A DNA stretch of 64,000 bases from Octopus sinensis (taxonomy: Eukaryota), in assembly GCF_006345805.1 (NCBI RefSeq), contig NC_043002.1:118668001-118732000 (forward strand), read 5' to 3'. Numbering within the stretch: the stretch's first letter is position 1; each line of letters starts with the position of its first letter. The position numbers and the translations under genes were made by a program. Positions 1 to 11,326 of the stretch are shown here, in pieces. The notes beneath the pieces are model-generated. The model ran no database searches. It saw nothing but the letters and a program-made list of their open reading frames with translations, and was not told the DNA's origin.

Positions 1-346
1 AAAAGTCACTTTAAGTTTCACCTTTTTGTCCAGATAATCGTAGATGAAAATATTCCATTAAATGAATGAATGATTTAAATGCATATTTAGGGTAAATGCG
101 TGTGTGTTGAAGGTAATACAGTGCTCTGTCACTGAATGCACGAGTAGATGTCTCATCAGGTGGTGAAGCAGCTCTGTAGGTGTTTCAGTACCTTCCACCC
201 GGTGACTCGGCAAAGAAATTTGCTTAGGAATTACAAACTCAGGTACAAAATGTTTTATAAACAAGGCCGAGTTTTTCCAATCTTAATATCAAAATAAACA
301 CAGGTGTAATAATAATGTTTATTATTATAAATGGAAAAGTAATGCT

Positions 347-556
347 TCAAATCATTCCCCAAATTTCTCTACGGTCGCTTGTTTTGGTAATGAAGTTTTT
401 CAAGAGTATGTCCAGAGAGTTTTCATTGCATAAACGCTTATGCACATGCATGACGGCACAGTGTGTCAGACGGCGTTGCGTCATTGTGGTACAGAGTCAG
501 GTCTTTAAACTACAAAGTGTGCCGAACATTCTCTCGCACGATGCAACAGACACAGG
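347..556 (-). pseudogene. hAT-superfamily transposase remnant, C-terminal dimerisation domain
   Basis: Manual minus-strand translation gives PVSVASCERMFGTLCSLKT*LCTTMTQRRLTHCAVMHVHKRLCNENSLDILLKNFITKTSDRREIWGMI*. This fits the hAT dimerisation motif P-x-S/T-x-A-S-x-E-R-x-F-S-x-L-x-x-x-K-T-x-L-R-x-T-M-x-Q-x-R-L. In-frame TGA at 499-497. Not in the ORF track. Confidence 0.8.
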
Positions 557-1189
557 CTTGCAACATGACAACATTCTCATCACAAAGGCTTGTCCATAGC
601 GCTTTCATAAGAATGATGCATTAGTGAACAAAGTTCAATGCATCAGTGACCATGACAACCGCAGATCCAACTTCTTGGAGGACACGGTCCAGGGAGTAGT
701 TTCTGAAGTGTACAAAATATGTACCAGGAAACGTATTTTAATTTCTGTTGGATATCTGAAATGTTTCTGTTCATGGTACTTGTGCCATCAAAGGATAAAG
801 CAACATAATTTTGAGTCCAACGAAATGTTTAAGCGACAAAAAACATCCAGAATAACCTTAGTTAGTGTCTCCGAAGACTAGTTAGAAGGGTTATAAAAGT
901 CGAAGAAATCTTCGTGGACATACTAGTTTTCAGAAACATAACGACAATAACTAATTCTTGTTCCATGTCAGAGCAATCACATATAACAATAAACATGGAA
1001 TCTTCAACCTTTTTTCTGACCTCATGTAGGGTGTTATGAACATATGCCTCCAGGATTTCATTTTGTATCGTAGAAAATTAATTCCCCGTTTAAGCCGCTG
1101 ACTTACTTATTCATTGCAATCTTCGGCAAGTTCTTTTATGAGATTTACGAAGTTTCCTGTGACATGTATTAACTTTCTCTTCGAAGATG

Positions 1190-1410
1190 GAACTAGTAAC
1201 TTCTTTTAGCTTTTACTAAGGATATTCCTTGATCCTTCCACAATGGAACTGTTAACTGTTATCTTTTACTAAGGATTTCCTTAATTCTCAGATCATGAAG
1301 GTGCTAAGCATTATTATCTCTCACTAAGGATGTCCTTTAGTTCTTCGATGAACTAGTAACTACTAATAACCTTTATTAAAGATATTCCTTTATTCTTACT
1401 CTTCAAATAC
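1190..1410. repeat. Degenerate tandem repeat, about 52-56 bp period
   Basis: Core like TTTTACTAAGGATATTCCTT recurs near 1211, 1265, 1321 and 1373, with GAACTAGTAAC-like motifs upstream of several copies. Confidence 0.55.
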
Positions 1411-1475
1411 AGAAGAGTTGGTTCACATAGAAATCTTTACTCAATGACATAGGATCCACATATTCAGCTTTTCTA

Positions 1476-2047
1476 TTGGGTCATCTCATAAGTAATGATG
1501 CTTTTTCAATTGCAGGAGAACGGGATAAACTACCCGCATAAACTTGCTATAAAAGCAGATAGTAATTTTACCTTCTCTTATTCTTCGTGCAAGTTTTGAA
1601 GAGTGCAGTTCGATTTTAACAGTTGTTTTTTCAAAGCTATAATGGAAGTGACAAAGGAGCATATTCTGTATATTTTGCTTTGTGAGTTCAATAAAGGCAA
1701 CAACGCGACGGAAAGTGCGAGGAATATTAATGCAATATGTGGGGATCGGACAATAAGCATAAGCCAGTGTCAACAGTGGTTACAGAAATTCTGAGCCGGA
1801 AACTACAGCCTAGGAGACGAGCCTCGTGCTGGAAGATCTGTAGAACTTGACGAGGACGTCCTGAAAACCCTGGTGGAACAAACTCCCATCGTAACTGTTG
1901 AGGAACTTGCAAAGAAGCTTGGATTTGGTCATTCAAACCATTCATTGTCACCTGCGTGCCATCGGAAAAGTCAGCAAATTGGGTCAATTGGTTCCTCACA
2001 AACTTTCCGAGTCTAATCGCGCGAAGAGAGTGAATGTGTGCTCTTCA
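1476..2047 (+). mobile_element. Mariner (Mos1/Hsmar1-like) transposon, 5' part; inactive transposase
   Basis: TA at 1474-75, then TTGGGTCATCTCATAAGTAATGATGCTTTTTC, which resembles mariner TIRs. ATG at 1642: MEVTKEHILYILLCEFNKGNNATESARNINAICG...QKF*AGNYSLGDEPRAGRSVELDEDVLKTLVEQTPIVTVEELAKKLGFGHS, frameshift near 1936, then TIHCHLRAIGKVSKLGQLVPHKL (WVPHEL-like). Stop at 1792-94. No DDD domain or right TIR seen. Confidence 0.88.
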
Positions 2048-2613
2048 AGACTTTGGTCGACTCAAGGCCATAGTAGAAGACAAATGCTCAATCTATAACG
2101 AGAAGACAAATGCTCAATAGTAGAAGACAAATGCTCAATCTATAACGAGAAATAAATTTCTTCAGTTTGAGAACATTAAAAATTTCTATCGAATAGTGAA
2201 ATAAGATACGTAAAACCTGCAGAATGTTCAAACTTTACATCATAGAGGGTCCAAAGGGTCTCTGGACCCTCTTGTCTGCGCGGTCTGTGGTTGCCTTAAA
2301 CTTTCAAATACCGGATTTGGCATCGATGAAAGGTCACATCGATGAAAGGTTATATGCATACAGCTTCAGCGGCACCAACGGAGTACTTGGTGTATATTAA
2401 GTCCGAAGGGGCTCCTTATTGCAAGTCTGAAAATTCATATTGGATGACTGAAAAAAGGCAGAGCTACTGTTGATGTGATTTCTTGACTTTGTCACAAAGA
2501 AATTCAAGACAGACTCAGTACTGGGGTAGTTATCTAAAGCCCATGGCCCATGGTAGAAATGCTAACAAGCTTGTTGTAGGCTTGTGTTTACAATAAGAAA
2601 GCGGTAGTACTCG

Positions 2614-2753
2614 AAACACACACACACACACATGCACACACACACACGCACGCACACACACATACACTCAAACACGCACACTAACACACACACTCATACA
2701 CACACACATATATATATATATATATAAATATATGTGTGTGTGTGTGTGTGTGT
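2614..2753. repeat. Compound microsatellite (CA)n/(TA)n/(TG)n
   Basis: Direct reading. Confidence 0.95.
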
Positions 2754-3131
2754 GGAGGCGCAATGGTCCAGTGGTTAGGGCAGCGGACTCGCGGTCGTAG
2801 GATCGCGGTTTCGATTCCCAGACCGGGCGTTGTGAGTGTTTATTGGGCGAAAACACCTAAAGCTCCACGAAGCTCCGGCAAGGGGTGGTGACAAACCCTG
2901 CTGTACTCTTTCACCATAACTTTCTCTCACTCTTACTTCCTGTTTCTGTTGTACCTGTATTTCAAAGCGCCAGCCTTGTCACACTCTGTGTCACGCTGAA
3001 TCTTCCTGAGAACTACATTGAGGGTACACGTGTGTGTGGAGTGCTCAGCCACTTGCACGTTAATTTCACGAGCAGGCTTTTCCGTTGATCGGATCAACTG
3101 GAACACTCGTCGTTGCAACCGATGGAGTGCC
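2754..3131 (+). mobile_element. tRNA-derived SINE family B (tail type 1)
   Basis: Head GGAGGCGCAATGGTCCAGTGGTTAGGGCAGCGG with A-box TGG..CAGTGG and B-box-like GGTTTCGATTCCC; homologous to copies at 12.6, 17.5, 50.5 and 55.0 kb. Confidence 0.85.
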
Positions 3132-3180
3132 ACCAGATAATCTAAACCGATATTTTCTGTATCATGGACGCTGCTATATG

Positions 3181-3382
3181 TACACATACATACATACATA
3201 CATACATACATACATACATACATACATTCATACATACATACATACATACATACACACATACATACATTCATACATACATACATACATACATGCATGCATG
3301 CATGCATACACACAAACATACATTCATACACACATACATACATACATACATACATACATACATGCATGCATGCATAAATACA

Positions 3383-3412
<30 letters not shown>
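3181..3412. repeat. (CATA)n microsatellite
   Basis: Direct reading; source of the HTYI/MYVC pseudo-ORFs. Confidence 0.97.
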
Positions 3413-3413
<1 letters not shown>

Positions 3414-4406
3414 GTATTTGCATGTATGGTGGTTGTCAACTCGTAGATGAATATGACCCTCACCAGCAAATTATCTTATCCTAGAGGTTAAAGACAATGT
3501 CTGTCAGTAATACCCGAGCTGAAATTTAAAGTCAATAACAACACCACTAAGATTCTCATCTACAAAGCCAAGTAGTTCAAAAAGCAGAAAGAGCAAGATC
3601 TCCGCCGAGGGGTCGACAGAATAAATAGCAGTTGAATACTAGGAATCGATGTAATCGACTTGCGACAAAATTTGAAACCGATATTTTCAAATAGAGCTCT
3701 ATGTTTAGTTTGAAAAAATAGCGTTCTGGAGTCCATTAATGTTTTAAAAGCTCATCATCTGGATAGAATGGTTCCAAGGATGTGTTGTCGCATTTTTGGA
3801 AGGCTGCAAGGAATAATGAGAATGATGTTGCAACTGCCCAAATCGTCATCAGCAGAATTATTTCACGGCCTACACCTGATTACTTTCACAATTTATCTTA
3901 GATTTAGTTCTCCGCGATGCGGTTTTAACTAGGTTGTGACTTTAGAAACTTTAATGTGAGATAGTTATCGTTTCGAATCTGAATGAAGTGATATTTTCAG
4001 ATTCCAAATGGTATTGATAGCACTTGTCAGACTGGAGTTTTAGCGTTTCACCCATTTTTTTAAAATCTTAGAATTTGCCCTCAGATATTTTATTACAATT
4101 CATATTTGAAATTTTATCTATCAACGTTTATAGCTTGTTACTTCTCATATTCTTATGTTTTGTTCTTGTTATAGACATCGAAATTAAGGCCGATGGTCAA
4201 CTATCTCTAATCATTACATTATAGAGGCTGAGGTGGTATTGTTAATTTATACCACTTCACAGATAATGTAGTGCTAATAGGGAAAACTTGATTTCTGTTG
4301 TACAAACGGCACACAGTCGCCCACGTTTCTTGGTCTTCTACATCATATTGAGTTCTTTTTAAATCATGACATGTGGTTTTAGAAACTATTATACTAAACT
4401 GCATAT

Positions 4407-4515
4407 ATGTACATGTATGTATGTATGTATGTATGTATGTATGTATGTATGTATGTATGTATGTATGTATGTATGTTTGTGTGTATGTATGTGCGTGTGA
4501 GTGCGTACGTGTGTG
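4407..4515. repeat. (TATG)n/(TG)n microsatellite
   Basis: Direct reading. Confidence 0.95.
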
Positions 4516-5245
4516 TATGTGTGTATTAGTTCATGTGCTATGGCGAAAAGAGAAGCTTTATTGGTCTTCTCCATGTTCACATATGCTCAAAAAAGTTTCA
4601 CTCAATACGCTATACTCTTCCACCTCTCATAGCAAGTTTTATTAAAAATCAGATCAATAAAACCTCTACCTACGTTAAAATAATCTAGGAAATGGCAGTG
4701 ACTGGAATTATCCAATATTCCACTTCAAGGCAATATGTAACTTTAATTTTCATTGGAGCAAGAAATATAAGTTTCAAATTTCAAAGAAGGCGTCGTTAAA
4801 GAGAACTACGTTCGTTTCCTCGGAGTTTTAAGCAGTTACTCTCCAATAGACAAAATTTACTTTTAGCTGAAAATGCGATCGGGTTCCTCAATACAAAATG
4901 TGTCAGCTTGTAACCAAAGGTAACCTATATTATGTAGGTCATCAGGCGACAGGCTGGATGTAAGAATATAGAAAAAGAAACGTATGGCATCTTAATTAGG
5001 ATCATTATTGCTTCATCACTTTTGCAGCTACGGGTAGATCGTATATATTAGGGGGCATAACTCTTTAATATCTATAATTAAAAATAAACTCCGGTAGAGA
5101 GAGTTTTGAAATAAATTTTAGTTCTTTATGGAAGAATGTCATGCGACTACATAGAAATTCTTTCACTGGCGGCCGTGTGCAAGAGTTGCGAGGGATGTAA
5201 CACAGACATACACGCACAAACATACACACTCATATATGTCTTTTT

Positions 5246-5494
5246 GTATGTATGTATGTATGTATGTATGTATGTATGTATGTATGTATGTATGTATGTA
5301 TGTATGTATGTATGTATGTATGTATGTGTGTATGTATGTATGCATATATACGCACCTATATTAGAGACATGTATATATATATATATATGTATATTTGTGT
5401 ATGTAGTGTATATATATATATACATAATATACATAAGTTTATATAGACTTACATTACAAAATTATATACATACTATATAATACACACACATATA
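5246..5494. repeat. (TATG)n/(TA)n microsatellite running into the gap
   Basis: Direct reading. Confidence 0.95.
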
Positions 5495-5594
5495 NNNNNN
5501 NNNNNNNNNNNNNNNNNNNNNNNNNNNNNNNNNNNNNNNNNNNNNNNNNNNNNNNNNNNNNNNNNNNNNNNNNNNNNNNNNNNNNNNNNNNNNN
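5495..5594. other. Assembly gap (100 N)
   Basis: Run of exactly 100 N, typical of a scaffold gap of unknown true size. Confidence 0.99.
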
Positions 5595-6089
5595 AGAGAT
5601 CAATAACAATATGAATGTTAAGATTTCAGAATCTAAAACAGAAATAAATGTATTTGTCTCAATGATAAATATGAAATAGAAAAATAAGATTTCTAAAATA
5701 TACTAGGAAAATGGAAGAGGAAATTATTCTCTAAAATCCTGGGGACAGAGGTTCCTTTTAAATTGTTTCAGATATTAAGCAGAAATAGAATTTGTAACAC
5801 TTGTTAACATCATTTAACAGCTATACAAAGACACCATTTTGTAAACTGATACAAAGTGGGATACTCTTGGAACTTTCTGATGTCATGTGACCTGGTGATA
5901 TATCAGACTAAGCAGGCTTAATCTGTTAGCATTTAAACCAACCAAATCAAGGCTAAATATTCTACCTGTTTTATGTTTAATATGTCCAGAATTGGCCTCA
6001 AACACCTACCCTACAATGTCATTCTAAAAGTATACAATCAGACCACAGAAATCAGAAATTTACAAGATAATACATAATTACTTCAAAAT

Positions 6090-6270
6090 AGGCGCAGGAG
6101 TGGCTGTGTGGTAAGTAGCTTGCTAACCAACCACATGGTTCCGGGTTCAGTCCCACTGTGTGGCATCTTGGGCAAGTGTCTTCTGCTATAGCCCTGGGCC
6201 GACCAATGCCTTGTGAGTGGATTTGGTAGACAGAACTGAAAGAAGCCTGTCGTATATATGTATTATATAT

Positions 6271-6313
<43 letters not shown>

Positions 6314-6551
6314 ATATATAGTATGTATGTGGTGGGTGGGTGCTTGTGTGTCTGTTTTGTCCCCTAAGCATTGCTTGACAACCGATGCTGGTGTGTTTAC
6401 GTCCCCGTCACTTAGTGGTTCGGCAAAAAAAAACGATAGAATAAGTACTGGGTTTACAAAGAATAAGTCCCGGGGTTGATTTGCTCAACTAAAGGCGGTG
6501 CTCCAGCATGGCCGCAGTCAAATGACTGAAACAAGTAAAAGAGTAAAGAGT
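6090..6551 (+). mobile_element. tRNA-derived SINE family A
   Basis: AGGCGCAGGAGTGGCTGTGTGG (A-box), GGGTTCAGTCCC (B-box), central (TA)n, tail GCTCCAGCATGGCCGCAGTCAAATGACTGAAACAAGT followed by AAAAGAGT-like repeats. Confidence 0.9.
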
Positions 6552-6923
6552 ATATGCAAAGGAAGATAGACGAGTTAACAGAGATGGTCAAAATCAGGCT
6601 GAAGCTTAGTTTTGGAAAGATAAAAATTATGAAAATTCAGAGTGATAAACCTGACTCTCTTGAGCAAAAATCATGTTGAATAAAGAAAAACATTGTGTCA
6701 GTAATTGAGGCTCCTGTAGAGGACATTCAAGCAAAACCTAGAAAGGAGCCAAGCCTTCAGCACTTTAAAGCTCATCTGGAAAGGAAAGACTCTGTCCAGA
6801 CATATTTCAGTTGAAAAATTTTTCAATAGCAACATCAAATTTGTTGTCCTACCATTGTATGTGAACACAGATATCTTCAGAAAGTTCCATTCAAGAACAA
6901 ATACCTCAGTAATAATAGTATTA

Positions 6924-7246
6924 CAGTCGGTGGCACATAAAAAGCACCATCCGAACGTGGCCGATGCCAGCGCTGCCTCGGCTGGCTTCCGTGCCGGTGG
7001 CACATTAAAAGCACCAACCAATCGTGGCCGATGTCAGACCCCCCCCACCCCTGGCACCTGTGCAGGTGGCACGTAAAAAGCACCCACTACACTCGCAGAG
7101 TGGTTGGTGTTAGGAAGGGCATCCAGCTGTAGAAACACTGCCAGATCTGACTGGAGCCTGGTGCATCTCTGGCTTCCCAGACTCCGGTCGAACCGTCCAA
7201 CCCGTGCTAGCACGGAAAACGGACGTTAAACGATGATGATGATGAT
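6924..7246 (+). mobile_element. Family C retroposon (minisatellite head, (GAT)n tail), 3 hairpin units
   Basis: GTGCCGGTGGCAC-type units, conserved body, ends GGACGTTAAACGATGATGAT; apparent TSD TAGTATTA (6916-23 / 7247-54). Confidence 0.8.
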
Positions 7247-7628
7247 TAGTATTATTAGACATCCAGAAATTATAAGCAACCAAGAGCATTTGGACCAAAG
7301 CCAAACAATAACTCATTGGCCAATAAACATGAAAAAGCACCAGTGAATGGTATTTGACAAGGCAAATCTCGGATGGTGACCCTGAGGTAGAAACAGGGGC
7401 AAGATATCAAAACATCTAGTAGAATCAGGCAACCAAGTGACACAATGTGATGAGAGACTGTTATGGAGAGCTTTTGTTTGCTAAGAATCCAAATAAGCTG
7501 ATGATGATACTAAAAAATAAGGTACCATTAAGAACTACAGTTAAAGAAATGAACTGAGAAGGACGACAGGCATTATACATTTAAGTTCTTCTATATGATG
7601 GATTATCACACTGTTGAGATTTTCTTAA

Positions 7629-7844
7629 CCCTTTTGTTACCAACCCGGCCAAACTCCGGCTCTGTAGTACAAATGTCTTGTTTTCATAAGTTTTGAATTA
7701 GAATATACCACCAAACCTTAGTCACAATTTATGTTCCTAACACTAGCTTAATGATAACTAAGTTATTTTACTAAATCCTTTGTTATATTTAAAGTAATTG
7801 AAAGAAACACAAAGCATCTTAAAATAAATACAGTAACAAAAGGG
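7629..7844 (+). mobile_element. piggyBac-type MITE family F
   Basis: TTAA flanks (7625-28, 7845-48); TIR CCCTTTTGTTAC ... GTAACAAAAGGG. Confidence 0.88.
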
Positions 7845-7986
7845 TTAAAATCTAGATTACCTACATTTTCTTAACTTATCTACAAAACAGAGTCGGGGTG
7901 TGGTTAAAAGCCTCGTTACAGTATGATATATATATATATATATATATATGCATATATACACACATATATATATATACATAATATAT

Positions 7987-8017
<31 letters not shown>

Positions 8018-8416
8018 CATATGCACACATACTTTTGAGACACAAAGTAGACATTTTTCCCAAGTGAGTGTATGTAAAATGATTTTCTTTTCTTCTAAGC
8101 TGGAAAGCCTTCCTATATCAAACCACTCAAGAGTGAAGTTGTAATGTTATCAAGCAATCTGGAGCAAATAAAACTATATAGCCCACCAAGGAGGACACAA
8201 CACAATGGCCCTTTTGTCAGGTTTGAACTCAGCAACTTAATTTCATACTCATCACACTTTTATATTACTTGTACAGACATTCAAAATTGCATAACAACCG
8301 TAAAATAATAGAAATATATCATTTCATAGAACAGCACTTACTCTTTGTACACAGGGAAGCTCAAATGTTTAAAGCAATCAGCTATTTTAAAAGAAAAAAA
8401 ACTATCAAAATGCTTA

Positions 8417-8609
8417 TGTATGTATGTATATATGTATGTATGTATATGTGTGTGTGCGTGTGTGTTTATATAGATGTATGCGTGTGTGTGTGTGTATATA
8501 CATAATAATATATATATATTATATATATATATATAATGTATATATATATAAATGTGTATATATATAATATAGATATATAAATGTATTTGTATATCTGTAT
8601 ATTATGTAT

Positions 8610-8663
<54 letters not shown>
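8417..8663. repeat. Compound (TATG)/(TG)/(TA)n microsatellite
   Basis: Direct reading. Confidence 0.95.
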
Positions 8664-8666
<3 letters not shown>

Positions 8667-8778
8667 TTAAGTAATTGAGATTCAAGTGAATTCTAAAGAA
8701 TTCACATGAATATGGTCCTTAACTAGGATGCACCGGAAATCTATATGGTGTTAACCATACGACAAGTGGGGTGATTAC

Positions 8779-8889
8779 AAATAGGAAAAAAGCAACAAGA
8801 ATGATAAAATCTCGGTATTGGATTAAAATGGATTAAAATCTCGATTAAAAACCGAGATTTTAATCCATTCTTGTTGCTTTTTCCTATTT
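8779..8889. repeat. Inverted repeat / hairpin, arms about 38 nt
   Basis: AAATAGGAAAAAAGCAACAAGAATGATAAAATCTCGGT (8779-8816) is the reverse complement of 8851-8889 apart from small indels. Confidence 0.85.
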
Positions 8890-8892
8890 ATA

Positions 8893-8923
<31 letters not shown>

Positions 8924-9063
8924 CATCATCATTTAGCGTCCGTTTTCCATGCTAGCATGGGTTGGACGGTTCAACTGGGGTCTGTGAAGCCAGAAGGCTG
9001 CATCAGGCCCAGTCTGATCTGGCAGTGTTTCTACGGCTGGATGCCCTTCCTAACACCAACCAC
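8924..9063 (-). mobile_element. Family C 3' fragment
   Basis: (CAT)n, then TTTAGCGTCCGTTTTCCATGCTAGCATGGGTTGG...; lacks the tandem head. Confidence 0.75.
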
Positions 9064-9144
9064 TCCGCATTATATATATATATGTAGTGAGAATTACATG
9101 AAAAACAAAATACGAATACAAGTGTATGTATGTATGTATGTATG

Positions 9145-9197
<53 letters not shown>

Positions 9198-9229
9198 GAT
9201 ATGTATTATGTATGTAATGTATATTAATT

Positions 9230-10093
9230 CTCTCTAGTTTCAGCTCAGAGCTGTGGCCATGCTGGAGCAACAACCGTTTTGCTACACTGTTATTACTGAG
9301 AGTCTCCTCTAATATGTGGCACTTCGTGAAGAATGGAGTTTGATGTAGCTACCCTCATTTGCACCTCTTGGCATGAGGTAGGTTCATCTGGGACTCTCGA
9401 CGAGAAGAGGTCCAACCTTGACTTGTAAATGCCTACATTCACTTTGTGCAGGTTCCTCAGTTTCTTTGGGAGAAGATTAAAAAGCTGTGGGCCCCTGAAA
9501 CCCAGGCTGTTGCAGTAACTAGTCCTGAAGCACAATGCCATTGCTGAGATCTTTGGTACCATGCACTGTTGTGGCATTAGTGTAGCTTTCAATGCCAAAT
9601 TTGGCACAATTTCTTCCAGGATGTTTCAGATGTATATTACTGCATACCTCTCCTGCCTTCGCTCCAGGGAGTAGAGTCTTAGCTGTTTCAGCCTTTCCCT
9701 TTAGCTGAGCTGTTGCAAAGCGACGATCTTCTTTGTGAATCTTCTCTGGATTGCTTCAAGGTACGCTGTTAATTTTACAATGGTGGGTGACCATAGCTGG
9801 GAGCATTAATCCAGGCAACTGGGGACGAATGTCCTCCAGAGGACCATCATGGTTTCCTTTTTTCTGGTTCTGAATGTTCTCAGGATCCATCCAGCCAGTC
9901 ATCTGCATTTTATTGCCATCCTGTTAATATGCACTCGGACAGAGGTATCATCACTCATGTCAATACCCAGGTCCCTCACTGATTTAAGCTCTGGAATTGT
10001 AATTCCCTGTGGACCAGTGTACCCTGTAAGTTTCATATTCAGTTTTGGACACAGGTTGTGCAGGGCTTGGAATTTTTGCGCATAAAAGTGCAT
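9230..10093 (-). mobile_element. CR1-clade LINE, 5'-truncated 3' end of ORF2 (RT C-terminus) plus short 3' UTR; disrupted
   Basis: Minus strand reads SVRDLGIDMSDD...HINRMAIKCR*LAGWILRTFRTRKKETMMVLWRTFV...CSQLWSP...LEAIQRRFTKKI...RERLKQLRLYSLERR, motifs typical of CR1/jockey-like RTs. Several stops; the ORF ends at 9293. Confidence 0.85.
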
Positions 10094-10474
10094 AGGCGCA
10101 GGAGTGGCTGTGTGGTAAGTAGCTTGCTAAACAACCACATGGTTCCGGGTTCAGTCCCACTGCGTGGCATCTTGGGCAAGTGTCTTCTGCTATAGCTCTG
10201 GGCCGACCAATGCCTTGTGAGTGGATTTGGTAGACGGAAACTGAAAAGAAGCCTGTCGTATATATGTATATGTGTGTGTCTGTGTTTGTCTCCCTAGCAT
10301 TGCTTGACAACCGATGCTGGTGTGTTTACGTCCCCATCACTTAGCGGTTCGGCAAAAGAGACCGATAGAATAAGTACTGGGCTTACAAAGAATAAGTCCC
10401 GGGGTTGATTTGCTTGACTAAAGACGGTGCTCCAGCATGGCCGCAGTCAAATGACTGAAGCAAGTAAAAGAGTA
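10094..10474 (+). mobile_element. SINE family A
   Basis: Full head, short central microsatellite, full tail. Confidence 0.9.
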
Positions 10475-11080
10475 TAAGTTTATATGAGGTGCTGAATAGT
10501 AAAACCACAAACTGTGCTAATTAACACTCATTTTTTAATTAGATCTTATATCAGTAAGCTTTGCATAAGTACAGATCCATAATATACATATGCATAAATA
10601 TGTCAAATATAGCAAAACATAAAACATTAATAATGCTTTAGAAAAATCTTGCTAGTAATATTAATTCACTCTTTCAAAATGTGAGTCAAATAGTGTTTAA
10701 TAGAAAAAAACAAAAACAATAACTCCAACATCCATGTAACAAAATATACAAATAGCAGAAATAACCAAGATTGTTGTGGCAGGCAGCAAGTTAACATTCA
10801 ACTACACAGAAATTTATCAGAGTAGAAAAACTAGGTTGTTAAAACACATGTGATTTGTCCATTGGTAACTATGTGACTATTCTTCTTGTGGAGAGAATAC
10901 TGTTTGATATTAGGTGAAAGATTAAAGCAATTTTATTGGAAAACAATCAGCTTAAGAGGACCACTGTTTCTATTTTTGCAGGTAGAATGATGATGAAACA
11001 GAACAAGAGATGAATGCTCAAATACTACTTCATGGGTTGCTATTTCAAATGTGCTACAGGTGTAGTGTTTACAAGTAACT

Positions 11081-11289
11081 CTCTTACTCTTTACTCTTTT
11101 TACTTGTTTCAGTCATTTGACTGTGGCCATGCTGGAGAACCGCCTTTAGTCGAGCAAATCGACCCCGGGACTTATTCTTTGTAAGCCCAGTACTTATTCT
11201 ATCCGTCTCTTTTGCTGAACCGCTAAGTGACAGGGACGTAAACACACCAGCACTGGTTGTCAAGCAATGCTAAGGGGACAAACACATAT

Positions 11290-11326
<37 letters not shown>

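Noticed and set aside
2244-2272. 10-bp stem hairpin AGAGGGTCCA...TGGACCCTCT
   Set aside because: Short enough to arise by chance in 64 kb; no element boundary attached.
2754-2830. tRNA-like heads of SINE B (and of A, D, G) as tRNA genes
   Set aside because: No complete cloverleaf or acceptor stem; each continues into a SINE body and tail, and many copies have TSDs.
2933-5480. ORFs of HTYI/MYVC/YI repeats
   Set aside because: Translations of (CATA)n, (TATG)n and (TA)n microsatellites.
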